From Sphyrna mokarran (lineage: Eukaryota): a stretch of DNA of 64,000 nt. The stretch is from NCBI GenBank assembly GCA_024679065.1, contig JAGIQG010000021.1:41106001-41170000 (forward strand), read 5' to 3'. This document shows, in pieces, positions 50,871 to 64,000 of this stretch (position 1 is the first letter of the stretch; each line of letters begins with the position of its first letter). The notes under the pieces were generated by a model. That model saw nothing but the letters and a program-made list of their open reading frames with translations, did no database searches and was not told where the DNA came from. A program made the translations under genes and the position numbers.

Positions 50871-51964
50871 TTACCCTTAAATTACTCCTTTTACTTTCTC
50901 CAGTTTAGAGAATATTAAGTCAGTAGCAATTCCCACCTCCTCTTCCTGATGAAAGGAGCACCTTTTTGCCCTGCATCAAACTTCCCCAGTCACCAGTTTC
51001 CAAATTAAGCACTTCAATGAAACCCAAACCGGTGCACATTTTTTAAAGCACCACCACCATGTCCAAACACTTGAAAGATTTATGTAATTAAACTCCTAAA
51101 ATATCCATTTTTTAAAATCTCTCCCTTTACTGTATGAACTCACTCCCTATACTTTGGAAATGTAATACCTTATGTTCTTCAATAAATTTTACCTGCTTTC
51201 TGTAGGCCTTTGTCCTCCTTTTTCTTAAATACTTCTTCAATCAGATGTGTTGCTCTGATGTGCCAATATTATTTCAGGATCCAATGAGAGCATTCACCAA
51301 TCACATTTTCTTCCTTTCACAAACAAATTAGTGAATTTGCTATTGCACTTAAGCCAATGTTTAGAAGTTCTCTTGTTGGCATCGTGATGTAGCTATGTGG
51401 GCAACCTTGCTTTCACCAAGTCAGGTAGAATCCACAAAGAGGAACAGAGTTCAATTTCAGATTAATATCTTTTCATCAGAGCTCATTCTGATGAAACAGT
51501 ACCAAAAGAGCTCTTATTAAAGTCAAATATCACGTCATATGATTATGGCTAAAGTAGCTTATCCTCCCTCGTCTTTCTGGACCTGTCTATGACCTTTGAC
51601 GTGGTTGACTGCATTTTGCACCAATGCCTCTTGGGAGAGATTGCAGTTGCCTGGTTTGGTTCTTCTCTCTCATTGTAGTTGGAGTATGGCTTCTCTTCCC
51701 CACGGCTGCACAGTTACCCTCTATAAACGTCTTCTCATCCAAGACTTTGCTGCCTGTGTACTGACTCGGAACAAGAGCTGTTCGCTCGATACTCTTGTGG
51801 CGTCTGACTTGGATTGGCTTCCAGTTGAGCAATACCTCCATTTTGAAATTCTCATGTTCAGTTTGTTCTAGGGTTTAACATCTCTACTGGAGCCCCATAA
51901 CCTTCCCAAGGCATTGGTATTCTTTCAATTCTGGTATCTTGGGCACCTCTGAACTCCACATCAC

Positions 51965-53020
51965 TTAAAATATGAGAATAAACCAGCAAGAAATAGGAAA
52001 ACAAGACAGTAAGAACTTCTGCAAGTGTATAAAAAAAAGTAGCTAAAGCAAACCATCTTCCCTTGGAAGATGAGACTAGGATATTAATAATGGAAAACAT
52101 AGAAATGGCAGAAACTGGGAATAAATGTTTTGTATTTTTTTCATAAAAAATATCTTTAATAAAAAAAATCAAAGAGCAAGAGGGAGGGAGGCACTTAAAA
52201 CTTAACCCTTTTCTTTAAGTTTAAATAAATTAATGGGACTAAAGGCTGATAAGTTCCCTGGACCTGATGGCTGGCATCCTAGGGTCTTAAAATAATTGGC
52301 TGCATATGTAGTGGGTGCATTGGTTGTAATCTTCTAAAGTTCCCTAGATTTTGGGGAAATGCCAGTGGAATAGAAAACTACAAATTCTATTCGAAAGAAG
52401 GAAGAAGTTAAAGGCCTAAACATCTGTAATTTGTAAAATGCTGGAATCCATTACTAAAATAGTAACAGCAGGGCATGTAGAAAATCATAATACAATCAGA
52501 CAGAGTTGAAGGGCGGCAAGGTAGCACAGTGGTTAGCATCAGGGAACCAAGTTCAATTCCTGGCTTGGGTATGGAGTTCGCACATTCTCCCTGTGTCTCA
52601 TGGGTTTTCTCCGGCTGCTCCGGATTGCTTCCACAGTCTGAAAGACGTACTGGTTAGGTGCACTGACTCAAATAGGCATTGTTGGATTGTGCAATTAGGG
52701 GAATTTCACAGTAAGTTCATTGCAATGCTAATGTAAGCCTTACTTCTGACTAATAAATAAACTTTGTTTTTGTTTCCCATTTAAGACCAAATGAGAGAGA
52801 ATTTCTTTGCTCAGTCATTAATCTTTGGAATTAACTACTTCAGAGAACAATGGAATGTGAATCATTGAGCCTGACTTCGAGTTTTGATCCACAAGGGGGC
52901 CAAAGGTTATAAGGGAAAATGGAATTAAAGTCACAGTCAGATCAGTAGTGATCCGATTTGAATTCTGGAGCAGGCTTGAGTGCTAAAATATTGACCTCTG
53001 CTCCCGTCTCGTATGCCCTT
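51965..53020 (+). mobile_element. Old CR1 fragments split by a SINE
   Basis: GLKADKFPGPDGWHPRVLK remnant, tail near 52940-53010. Confidence 0.65.
52511..52765 (+). mobile_element. V-SINE
   Basis: gggcggcaaggtagcacagtggttagc head, gttcaattcc, V-domain, taataaataaacttt tail. Confidence 0.85.
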
Positions 53021-54194
53021 GGTGGCTGTGCCTTCAGCTGTACCAGCCATGTGCTTGAATTTTCTCTATAAATTCCCTGCCTTGCTTCCTCCCTCTCTTT
53101 TAGGACATCTCAAAGTTAACCTCTTTTACCAACCTTTTGATTAACTATGCACATATCAGTTGGCTTTGCCTGTTTTGCTGTTGGACAATGTCTTGGGACT
53201 TGTTTTAATTACATTAAAGGTGCTGTATAAGTACAAAGTGATGTGTTTTGAATCATCCAGCAGCACCACAGTGAATAAAAATGGAACCTCTTCTATTGCT
53301 ATTCAAAAATGAAGTGCAGAATTGTACGTTTGGTAGAATGGTAGGATACTCTGTTGTAATGCTGAAATATAAAATGATACACCTGACACACAATGGTCCC
53401 AGCAGAAGGTTCAAAAAGACCAAGGATTTAATGCTTATAAAATTGCTTATGTTCACTAAATATTAAGTGGCTTATTCATCAAAATAAAACTGATTTGAAC
53501 ATTATGCCACAAGGGGTGGTGAACCAAACATTGATATAATTTTAAAAGGATGCTTTGCAATGTAAGTACCACAACTCATTTTCACAAGTGTAAGCACAAA
53601 CCGACACCAACAAAAACATAGTATGTTTCAGACACTTAAATGTATTCTCATGAGGGCCATGGTATCTTTAACTGTCTTCAGTGAGTAGACAGTTGGGCTT
53701 TGGTGCAGCATCTCGTATGAAATATCAGCCTGGATTGTGTGCCCAAATGCTGGAATGGAATTTGAATCCATACACTTCTGTCAAATTGATGTAACTGCTA
53801 CTAAGTGAGCCAAGCTAAATTAAGACTACTATTTCCTCAATATTGGAATATTTTGTAGAAATGTTCTATCCTCAACAATTGAAATAGAGTTGTTTGCAAC
53901 CACTATTTTTACTTAGTGACAAAGAAGGCCAGAATTGGATTATTTACCTTTCTATAGAATAAGAAAATAGTAACTGCGTGGACAATGGACAATTAATGTT
54001 GAGACCAGTTTGTTTTATCTTGTTCAGTTCATTACCACATGGTCTGAATACAAGATCACTTCTTTAAAACTCTTGGTGTGCAGGGTTAATTATGTTCTCT
54101 CTTCCCTTTAGAAGTCTTGCACTATGTTCAAGACTGTTCCGTTTTCTATCATATCGGATTGAAGTTGCACCTTGTAGCTTAGCATTGGATGAAT

Positions 54195-54510
54195 CATAGA
54201 AGCCTCACAGTGCCGAAGGAGGCTATTCAGCCCATCAAGCCTACACCAATCACAGTCCAACTCGGGGGTTACGGTTATCTCTGTAACCCCACATATTTAA
54301 CTTTCTAATCCACTGACACTAAGGGACAATTTAACATGGCCAGCACCTAACCTGCACATCTTTGGACTGAGGGAGGAAAATGGAGCACCTGAAGGAACCC
54401 ATGCAGACATGGGGAGAACATGCAAATTCCACTCAGTCACCTGAGGTTAGAATTGAACCTGGGTCCCTGCTGCTAAAGCAGCAGTGCTAACCATTATGCT
54501 ATTGTGCCAT
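54195..54510 (-). mobile_element. V-SINE (HE1-like)
   Basis: Antisense tRNA head (gaattgaacctgggtccctg...gtgctaacca), V-domain and CR1-type tail. Confidence 0.85.
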
Positions 54511-56125
54511 TCGTATGCTTTGGCTTCAGCTTCAACCTGTAAAATCCTCACTTTGAAAGTATTTCCAGTTTGCAGGGTCAGAAGCAAAGTGTCAGTTTGG
54601 TTCAGCATATGTTTGCCTCATGAATCAAAATTGTAGGCTCCATTTGTGCTCCAGGGCATTAAGGCATAATGCAAACTGATCTATGCCTCTGCTGAGGGAG
54701 GTGCTGTCTCTTCAGGTAAAAATGCGGAAGTGAGGGAGCACAGCTACTACATTAAGTTGCATTAAACTTGAAGAAAAGCTGTCTTCTGACCATTATCAAG
54801 AATAGATTAATCTCAGCACTTTTCAATCCTGTGCAGTTTCTGATCGGTACCAGCTCCATCAGAAAGGTCAATTGCTTTCACTCCAGTAACACTGCTTATC
54901 TCCACCCTGCTTCAGTTTGTGATGAAACTTCCTTCATGCTTTTATTATCTCCTAACTCAACTCTTCCAATTCGATCCTGGCTGGATGCCAACCTTCCTTA
55001 AACTTGAGCTGATCCAAAATTCTGTTAGCAATATCCTAAGCTGTACCAAGTTTCTCTTGCCTATTTGCCAGTGTTCGTTGGCCAACGTTGATTCCGGTTT
55101 AGCAGTGTCTCTGTTGTAAAATTCTCATCCACATGCATGAATGCTTCTCCTTTATATATATATCATTTTCTCCACCCTTAGAACTTCACATAAGCTCTGG
55201 ATCTATCATTTTTATCTAATTGCACACCTTTTAAATACCTTCAGAAATGTTGCTACTTTTAAAGGTACTATGCAAATAGAAGCTGTTTATGGGACTTTGC
55301 TATGTTCAAAATGGCTGCTATCTTGTCAATGCAAGTGAGAAGAACCTTCAGTAGAGTGCATAATCTCTTGCATGCAGTGTTATCTTAACAGGTGGGATTT
55401 TTCTCCCATTTCATGATGTGTGTCATGGTGGTAGAAGATAGCTTTCCTCTTGAACGCACCTCTCACTGCTGGGAAACCGTTGGCAGGGATACACATCGGT
55501 GGGACTGCAAGACCCTGCCAGTGTAAAATGCAAGATTTCGGTGAATATTGCTACAGTGAGCAAAATAGTCTGCTCCTATTATCCATAACATCGGATTGTT
55601 TAACTGGCAAACAACTTTTTTCTGAGCGTGCTGAATGTGTTTCTATTTAGGTCATCCACTAAAGTAAAGTTACATTTTTCACATTACACTTAGAAATAGC
55701 TTTGGTTATAGGACCAACCACAAACTAAACTAATGTGAAAAAAATCATATCTTTATTGCCCTGTTATTGCCCTCATCTTTAATTTTTCCAGTTTTTGACT
55801 ACTGATTCCTTTTTCCCTAACTTAAATCCGATGCTAGCTTGTTTTCTTCTGTTCCCACAACCGCATCCACTATTTTGGAAGTGGGAGCAATTGAATTCTG
55901 CCTCCCATTGGCTGAAAAATTGCCAAAGACAATGAGCTGAAGATTATCCAAGTCAAATTCAAAATTCAATATTAATAATTTTTATATTAAAGAGAAAGGG
56001 CTTTCACCGCCCAAGTCTGCCAGTAAACTTATTTGTACCATACAGACTGGAAATAATCCATAAAACTTAAAATAACCATTTATCCAGCTTTTGAACTTGC
56101 TATATTCTTTGTATTATAATTATTG

Positions 56126-56382
56126 GTGGCACAATAGTTAGCACTGCTGCCTCACAACGACAGTGACCAGAGTTTGATTCTGGCTTGGGTCACTACCTGT
56201 GTAAAGTCTGCATGTTCACCCTATGTCTGCCTGGGTTTCCTCCAGTGCTCCGGTTTCCCCTCCAACTCCAAAAAACCATGCTGGTTTGATGCATTGGTCA
56301 AGCTCAGTTCTCCCTCTGTACCCAAGCAGGTGCTGGAGTGTTGCGACTGGGGGGTTTTCACAATAATTTCTTTGCAGTGTTT
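56126..56382 (+). mobile_element. V-SINE
   Basis: ggtggcacaatagttagcactgctgcctcac head, ctccggtttccc core. Confidence 0.8.
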
Positions 56383-58899
56383 GAGAATTTTCCAGGATAT
56401 CCCTATGGAGGGGTGGGGGATCTTGTACTCAACTGACCACACTCAACCAATACAGAGACCATGAAAAATTCCTCTTACAATTTGATGCTGCAAACCGATT
56501 CAAATGGTGAGAGGAATTTTCTGAAGTCTCTCTCTGGGGGGGCCTTGTACTTGGCTGATCTCACTCAACCAATACAGAGACCACGAAAGACAGCACATAT
56601 TTAAAGAACAGTAGAAAATTTATTGCTAATGAATGCATCAGGAGGGAAGATAGTCAGCAAATGCTGATTACCCTCTATGATGTAACAGTACATGCAAAAG
56701 ACAGATATACTTTTTCTGAATGCTTATCTCCAACCCAGCTTGTCACTCAAACTGGACAGTCCAGTTACCATACTAGACATTATTGCCTTAGCCATTAACT
56801 TTCCACCTGTCAGTAAAATCAGGAGCTCATTAGTCTATTGCATCTGAAAGTTCCTCCCTTCTTACTAAGAAACCTAACTACATAAATCCGATAGATAAAG
56901 TTTATTCTCTGTCACTTGCAAATTTTAATTGGTAAAGGGAGTCAGTTCTCTTGCTTGAATCCAGCCCTCCTTATCAGTGTGAGAAACTGTCCCAGCCTTG
57001 CTAACCAGGACTGAATGTACAAGTGAATGTATCTTCATCTAGTCGACTTATTATAATTTGGAATGAGGCTTTTCGTACGAGGAGTATTATACCAGTCTTC
57101 TTTAGTGTTAATACAAGCTTATGATGCAATTTCTCAACTCGATTTGAGTTGAAGAGAAATCTTGTGTCATAGTGCAGGCATATTAATAAGGAAATGAAAT
57201 GGATGGCAAATATATTGGATTGTCTTGTTACCTTTGCCATCCCTTAATGGACCTAGAATGTGTTAGATAGTTGATGAGGATTCTGCCACTATATACAATT
57301 GACAGCATCTGAGGGTTTATATTAAGTAATAAAGTCTATATTTACTTTTGACAGTTTATGATGGAATTTTATGACTTGGTTAGACAATGAATAATGTCAA
57401 AGTCTACTGTTTAGGAAACATTCCAAAATATGTACACAATATTGTAATGACTAACGCACTAAGAGACTAATGTCTTGGTATGGGTTTATAGCATTTTAGA
57501 AGAGCATAATGGTAATTATAATAATTTGTACATAAGTAAATAAAGTTTCAGTATATTTTTTGTTTAAAATATTCTCTCACCTTGTGAATTGTTAAATAAA
57601 ACTTGAGAAAAAAGTTAAATTAAGTCCTCCTCACTGCTTGGGAGGAGCTCCATTGACGATACTCTTCAAAAGCATTCTGGAGAGCAGCTCTGTACAAAAG
57701 ATAAGGAATGCCACATCACACCAGTTTGAGACTTGCCATTGTGACTCCTGTATCCTGCAAAGCCATTTGTTAAGCATGAGAGAGGCCCTATACAATGATT
57801 TTAACGTTATTGACGAAACATGGTTTCATGACTCCTACAAATGTGACAGTTCATGTTTTAGGAAGTAAAATCTTAAGAATGTTGTTGTACAAGGTTTGGG
57901 ATTTGGGTCTTAAAGTCTTTGCAGCACTTGTCCTCAAACTTGGGGAACAGTTCATCAATTTTCTGTGCTGACTCCTCTCCACTTAAGCCAATGCCATCTC
58001 ACCATGTGACCTCTAACTCTGAACTAAAGGGCATTCCTTTGAGCATGTATTCCATTCCCCTCATCTTATTCAGAATCATTGTTCTGCAGCCATTTTGCAA
58101 ATACAATAACAATTTTCATATCAAGATCTCTTCAGTGCCTCAGTCCTTTGCCCTCTGAACTACTGAATTCCTATTATCTCTTTTCTAGTCCTATCAGGTT
58201 TTTATGTATCTTAATTTTTTCTTACCAAACTCTAACTTGGGCTTTTCCAGAATCATTCCACGTGTGCATTTTGGCTGTCAGTCTTCTGCAGCCATGCCTC
58301 CTTCCATTTCTCTCCTCATAGCCTCTGAACTCCCAATTCCCTTCTCCAATCGTTCATTAATCCTTGACCTTTTGGCTTTGTTGCCACCACTCCATCTTTC
58401 CTCTATGCCATGCTTCGAATCCTCCAGAGGGCTCATAGTTAATCAATGCTGTATCAAGCAGCAACTTTGAGTACCTCATTCTAATCTCTCACTGACCTTA
58501 CTGCCCAGTGCACCTAACAATCTTGCCAATCTCCATCCTATCCAACTCATTCCTCCCACTGCTGAGTCTGTGGATTCTGCCCCCTCACCACTCCTCTGAC
58601 TGTTCATTGTGATCACTGATCTTGAACCCTCCTCCTGGCAATGTTTCAAACATTAAACTCGAAGTGACAGTGTAATGTCAGTCTTGGCCTGATCCCCTAC
58701 TCCTCTAACACTTGCCCTTCCTTTGAGCATGTATTCCATTCCCCTCGCATCTTATTCAGAATCATTGTTCTGCAGCCATTTTGCAAATACAATAACAATT
58801 TTCATATCAAGATCTCTTCAGTGCCTCAGTCCTTTGCCCTCTGAACCAAACACTTTTCATCCTTCATGATTTTAATCTCCATCTCAACTCATCCTTATT

Positions 58900-60500
58900 C
58901 TTTCTTGAGTTCATTAACTCTTGTCTTCCTGAATCTCTCCCTCCGTGTAAACCCACCAAATCATGCACCCACCTGCCCATCATATCAATCACAAATAAAG
59001 CCACCTCAGTTTACTTCCTTATATCACTGTCCACCCACAAACCTTCTCCATGTCTCAAAATTTTCCTCCTGTATCTGCCCCTGAAAAAGATTATTGCCCA
59101 ATTCACTTTATATCATACTTCCTATGTCACCTTTCAACTGATGGTCCAAGGAATACAAACTTAAAAGATTATAGTAAACAGTTTAGCCATCCACTGCCAG
59201 ATCTGATTGGACCACGTTAAAGGTGATCAAATCCTGCTCTCTCGTGCTAAAAATGACTATTCTAGGATCACCCTGAAATACAAAGACAATCCCCGGCTTT
59301 TCCCATTTGCAAAATAGTCTTTGTCACCCCTTCTGCCCTGTATCTTTTGCTTTAGCTTCCAGCAACATGAGAGAACTCAGACTGTCTTCTCACTGAGGTT
59401 GATGTAATCCAGTAATCTGTACTGTGCCTGTCTTTCCACTAGCCCACTTGGTCAAATTTGCTCTGATGTTCTCCCTATCCAAACCCTGAACTCGCATCTT
59501 TCTTTATTTCTTATACCTGTTCTCATGCCTTCTCCAAGCTCATCACAAAATTCACCTTATCTCCCTTAACCTATTCCCATGAAACTGCTGTCCACCCAGC
59601 TTCTCCCCTCCAAGTTAATTAATGTTGTTAATGATTTTGCATCTTCATTATCCCCCTCTCCGTTAAATTTACAATTGTCATCCCACTTCTCAACAAAAAG
59701 CAATATTTGACCTCACTGACTTTACAAATTGCCATCCTGTCTCCAGCCTCTTTCCTCTTCAGATTTCTTGAGCGTGTTCTCTCTTCCCAATTGAATGCCC
59801 ATTTTTGCAGGTCATTCATGTTTGAATCCCTCCATGGCCTCTGCCCGTACCAAACTGCCAATACTGCTCTCATCACAATTACAGATTGACTGCGATGAAT
59901 GTAAACTTTCACACTTGTCTTTTTCGACCCAATCTGCAGGCTATGATACAGTCGACCACATCATCCCCCTCTGTTGTCTCTCCACAGTCATCCAGTTCTT
60001 GTGTTATTCTATTATCTAATCCTCTCCAAAATATCCATTGTGTTGGCTTCTCTTTTTATTCTGCATTGTTACCTCTGCTATTCCCCAAAAGACTTATCCT
60101 TGGACTCCCTGCAGTTTCCACCCTTTAGTGACATGATCAGAAAACACTTAGTGATCTCATATTCACCAAAGTCGCCAGTTGCTGAATTATGAGGCTGTTT
60201 AACCAATACCCAGCATAGGATGAGCAGAAATTTCCTGATTAAATATTGGGAAGTGTGAAGCCATTATTTTGGTTCCCATTACAAATTTCATTCCCTGGCT
60301 ACTGACTCTGTCCTCTCTGGTCAAACTCTGGTACTAAGCTAGTCTATTTGAAATCTTAATGCTATATTTGACCCCAAGCTGACCTTCCAATTGTACATGT
60401 CCTCCATCACTAGCATCAATGATTTCCACCTTTTACCACCACTTGGTTTTGCCTCTATTTCATCTCATAATTTACTGAAAATCTTATTTGTGCCTTTGAA
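58900..60500 (+). mobile_element. Ancient L2-clade LINE
   Basis: Pyrimidine-rich, with remnants YQTANTALI and SAGYDTVDH (AFDTVDH motif), ctgattaaatattgggaag, tttgaccccaagctgaccttc. Confidence 0.65.
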
Positions 60501-60526
60501 ACATCTATATTGTTTCAAATTATTAG

Positions 60527-61846
60527 AGAATTATTAGGGATAGGATTTATAGTTATTTAGAGAGAAATGAATTGATTGGGGATAGTCAGCATGGTTTTGT
60601 GGAGGGTGGGTCGTGCCTTACTAACCTCATTGAGTTTTTTGAAAAAGTGACTAAAGAGGTGGATGGGGGTAAGGCGGTTGATGTGGTATATATGGACTTT
60701 AGTAAGGCGTTTGATAAGGTGGCCCATGGAAGACTTCTGCAGAAAATGCAGATGTATGGGATAGAGGGTGATTTAGCTAATTGGGTTAGGAATTGGCTAG
60801 CAGATAGAAGACAGAGGGTGGTGGTTGATGGGAGATATTCATCTTGGAGTTCGGTGACGAGTGGTGTACCTCAGGGGTCTGTTTTGGGGCCCCTGCTGTT
60901 TGTAATTTTTATAAATGATCTGGATGAGGGTATTGAAGGATGGATTAGTAAATTTGCAGATGACACTAAAGTCGGTGGAGTGGTAGATAGTGAAGAGGGG
61001 TGTTATAGTTTGCAGAGGGACTTGGACAAGTTGCAGAGCTGGGCCGAGAGGTGGCAAATGGAGTTTAATGTGGAAAAGTGTGAGGTAATGCACTTTGGCA
61101 GGAATAATAAATGTGTAGAGTATAGGGCTAATGGTAGGATTCTTAATAGTGTTGATGAACACAGGGATCTTGGTGTATATGTGCATAGATCCCTGAAAGT
61201 AGGCAGTCAAGTCGATAAGGTCGTTAAGAAGGCATACGGAGTCTTAGCTTTTATTGGTAGGGGGATTGAATTTCGGAGCCGCAACGTCATGTTGCAACTG
61301 TACAAACTCTAGTGCGGCCGCACTTGGAGTATTGTGTGCAGTTCTGGTCCCCACATTATAAGAAAGATGTGGAGGCATTGGAGAGGGTACAGAGGAGGTT
61401 TACCAGGATGTTGCCTGGTATGGAGGGCAGGTCTTATGAAGAGAGGCTGAGGGATTTGAGGTTGTTTTCGTTAGAAAGAAGGCGGCTAAGAGGAGACCTT
61501 ATTGAAACATATAAGATGATTAGAGGTTTAGATAGGGTGGACAGTGATAGCCTTTTTCCTAGGATGGAGAAAGCTAGCACGAGGGGACATAGCTTTAAAT
61601 TAAGGGGTGGTGGTTTAGGACAGATGTCAGAGGTAGGTTCTTTACCCAGAGGGTGGTAAGGGTATGGAATGCCTTGCCTGCGTCAGTTGTAGATGCGCCA
61701 AGTTTGGTGGCGATTAAGAGGTTAGTAGATAAGTTTATGGATGAAAGGGGAATGGTTTAGGTTAGAGAGTCACTGCTTGTTCCTAATTGGTCGGCGCAAC
61801 ATCGAAGGCCAAAGGGCCTGTTCTGCGCTGTTATGTTCTATGTTCT
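60527..61846 (+). mobile_element. Young 5'-truncated CR1, same subfamily as 24433-26268
   Basis: ORFs 60572-61312 and 61312-61659 nearly identical to the 24-kb copy. One-base deletion (caaactcta vs caaaactcta) shifts the frame. Confidence 0.95.
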
Positions 61847-62031
61847 AGGTGTTTGGAGCTTGGACCTTGAAAGCAATGTTCAAGTGTTCAAGGCCAAATA
61901 TTAGCAATTGGTTTCTAGCTGTTAACATGAAAATGGTATGAAATTTGTAGGTATTTATTGTACTAACCTTTATATGACGTGCTCTTATATGCTTGTCTTT
62001 GTACTTGTGTATCTTTGTACCTGCCACTTAT

Positions 62032-62328
62032 GGGCAGCACAGTGGTTAGCACTGCTGCTTCACAGCGCCAGGAACCCGAGTTCAATTCCTAGCTTGGGCT
62101 GCTGTGTGGAATTTGCATGTTCTCCCTGCCTCTGCGTGGATTTCCTCTGGGTGCTCCAGTTTCCCTTCATTGTCCAAAAAACATGCTGGTTAGGTACATT
62201 GACCATGATAAATTCTCCCTCTATGTACCCGAACAGGTGCCACAGCATGGCGACTGGGATATTCACAGTAACTCCATTGCGGTGTTATTGTAAGCCTATT
62301 TGTAACAATAATAAACTTTTAAAAAAAA
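62032..62328 (+). mobile_element. V-SINE
   Basis: gggcagcacagtggttagcactgctgc head, gagttcaattcc B box, V-domain, aataataaactttt tail. Confidence 0.88.
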
Positions 62329-64000
62329 CATTAAGTGCAATGCTAATTATTTTTGGGACAGGATGCTAATGAGTGAAAAAGCTTAAAAAAAAAACAAGTA
62401 GCACTGTAGGGGATAATGAAGTTCCCTGATGGTTTATTAGAAAATAATTGGGATGCTTTATAAAATTCAAGTACATAGTAACGTTAAATTGCAGTGAGTG
62501 AGCAATCTTTCAGCTGTGAAATTTGTGTACATTATTAATAAATACAGAGGTCGATTCAAACCTGACCAATATAGCATTGTGTAAAAAAAATTTGTGAATT
62601 GGTACACATTCCTCCCTCAACCTGTGTGAGAACTGTCATCCTTTGACCGACAGTGGATGCCCTTGTGTAGATTTTTTTCTTGCCTGCATGAATAGGTTTA
62701 CAGACATTGCACATTGATGCAACGAACAGTAGCAATATTGCAGGGGAAATCAGTAATACTAGAGGTGTAGTTATTTTGGGAGGTGTGAAAGACCTGATGT
62801 ATATGCTTAAGTTTTGACAGCTGCATGAAAATCTTTCCCATGCATGATGAGGTTTCAGTAGCATTGATAAATGCCTTGGGGTCTTGGTTGTTGACACAGC
62901 ACATATGGTCTAACAGTTTGTGTGTCTTGGTTCTTCAGTATGGAGTTGCAGAAAGTAAGTTTTGCTTCAGTTCATGAAGGGACATTTATCTAATTATACT
63001 TGTTAGAGATAGCTGTAGATCCTTTTTGTCTGATGTACTGCATTTGATTGAAAGTCTTTCTAACAGAATATTACATGGGTAAATGTTGTCAACCCCAATT
63101 GTAGATGGCGGCTGGGAGGAAATTTTCCCCAATAAAAATTAACCTAATTAGAGAGCTTAGTCCAGTTTGTTGCTATTTGGGTGAACTGGATAGAGGCAGA
63201 AATATTCTAGCTGTTTTTTTTTAAAGATATAATTTTATAACAAGCTTTGAAGGGTTGAAAATTGGTAATTATGTGCATGCAAGCTTGCAGGTAGTAGGTG
63301 GATTCATTTTCCCCACTGTCATATGATTGTCATTGCATTTACTTAAAATAGCTTGTGGTGATTAGAATCTAAGTAATTCTGTGTTAAGTACGTTACTGTT
63401 TCAGATTGAATTTAGTTCTATTTTTAGCGTTTGGTTAGATAGGAAATATATTCAGGATTGCCTTTTACAAAACAGAGCAGTCTTTGGAATCATTTTGATT
63501 TTACCAAATTTAAGTGACAATGAAATCTATGATTTTGAGAAAATTTTAGATTCTATAAACTCAGATATGCTGTTTTACTGAGTTCTCAAAATTGATTTCT
63601 GAAGTAAAAACTTCACTATTACATTAATGATGCCTTGGGATGGGAATGCACCCATTCTGTCTTAATTAATTTATGATTTATGCTTCATTGAAAGATTTTT
63701 TTCTTTTGGTATAACATGCAAAATATTAGAAACAATGTTACTGGTATCCTGCTTTGTAGTTTGAAAGGCATGTGATTTCCAAAATTCTAACCAGTTCATA
63801 AACTTAGCTATATGAATCTTGCTGAAACACTTTTTCACTTGAAGAGAAAGAAATAATACTAATATTATTGGCTCCCAGTGTACTCCATCTTAATGCAAAA
63901 TATATTCCCAAACTTGCCTAATTATGTGAGATTTGTTACTGAGTGGAGTGAAGCATCTATGTATTCATATTTAAACCTGTTTCATCGTGATCCATTTACT

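Noticed and set aside
52511-62328. tRNA genes at SINE heads
   Set aside because: The A/B boxes run straight into the V-domain with no cloverleaf, so these are SINEs.
41254-64000. MAP2K4 kinase exon (ERLRTHSIESSGKLKISPE...)
   Set aside because: Not found by eye or in the ORF track, so probably beyond the window.

Overview
Vertebrate intronic DNA, most likely from a cartilaginous fish (shark-type HE1/V-SINEs, Deu-SINE-like elements and very abundant CR1 LINEs). The only host-gene sequence I can support is two + strand coding exons of MAP2K4 (MKK4): a 33-nt frame-preserving alternative exon (29362-29394) and the docking-domain exon KRKALKLNF... (41148-41253). Exon 1 and the kinase exons are not seen, so the window is probably all 5' introns. 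The rest is a layered set of retroelements: CR1 of several ages, L2, Rex1/Babar, RTE, Tx1-like, Penelope-derived fold-backs with hammerhead cores, SINEs and solo-LTR-like repeats. Nearly all long ORFs are LINE ORF2 pieces or their antisense shadows. Most notable: (1) a TSD-flanked retrocopy of a variant U1 snRNA with compensatory stem changes, an altered 5'-splice-site arm and a 3'-box-like tail; (2) three CR1 copies from two subfamilies carrying a decayed V-SINE inside the 3' UTR; (3) the MAP2K4 cassette exon apparently shared with mammals; (4) hammerhead-bearing Penelope palindromes whose gene-sense cores are all broken; (5) three local inverted duplications each spanning about 600-660 bp. 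All alignments were done by eye. Repeat boundaries are approximate unless a TSD is quoted.
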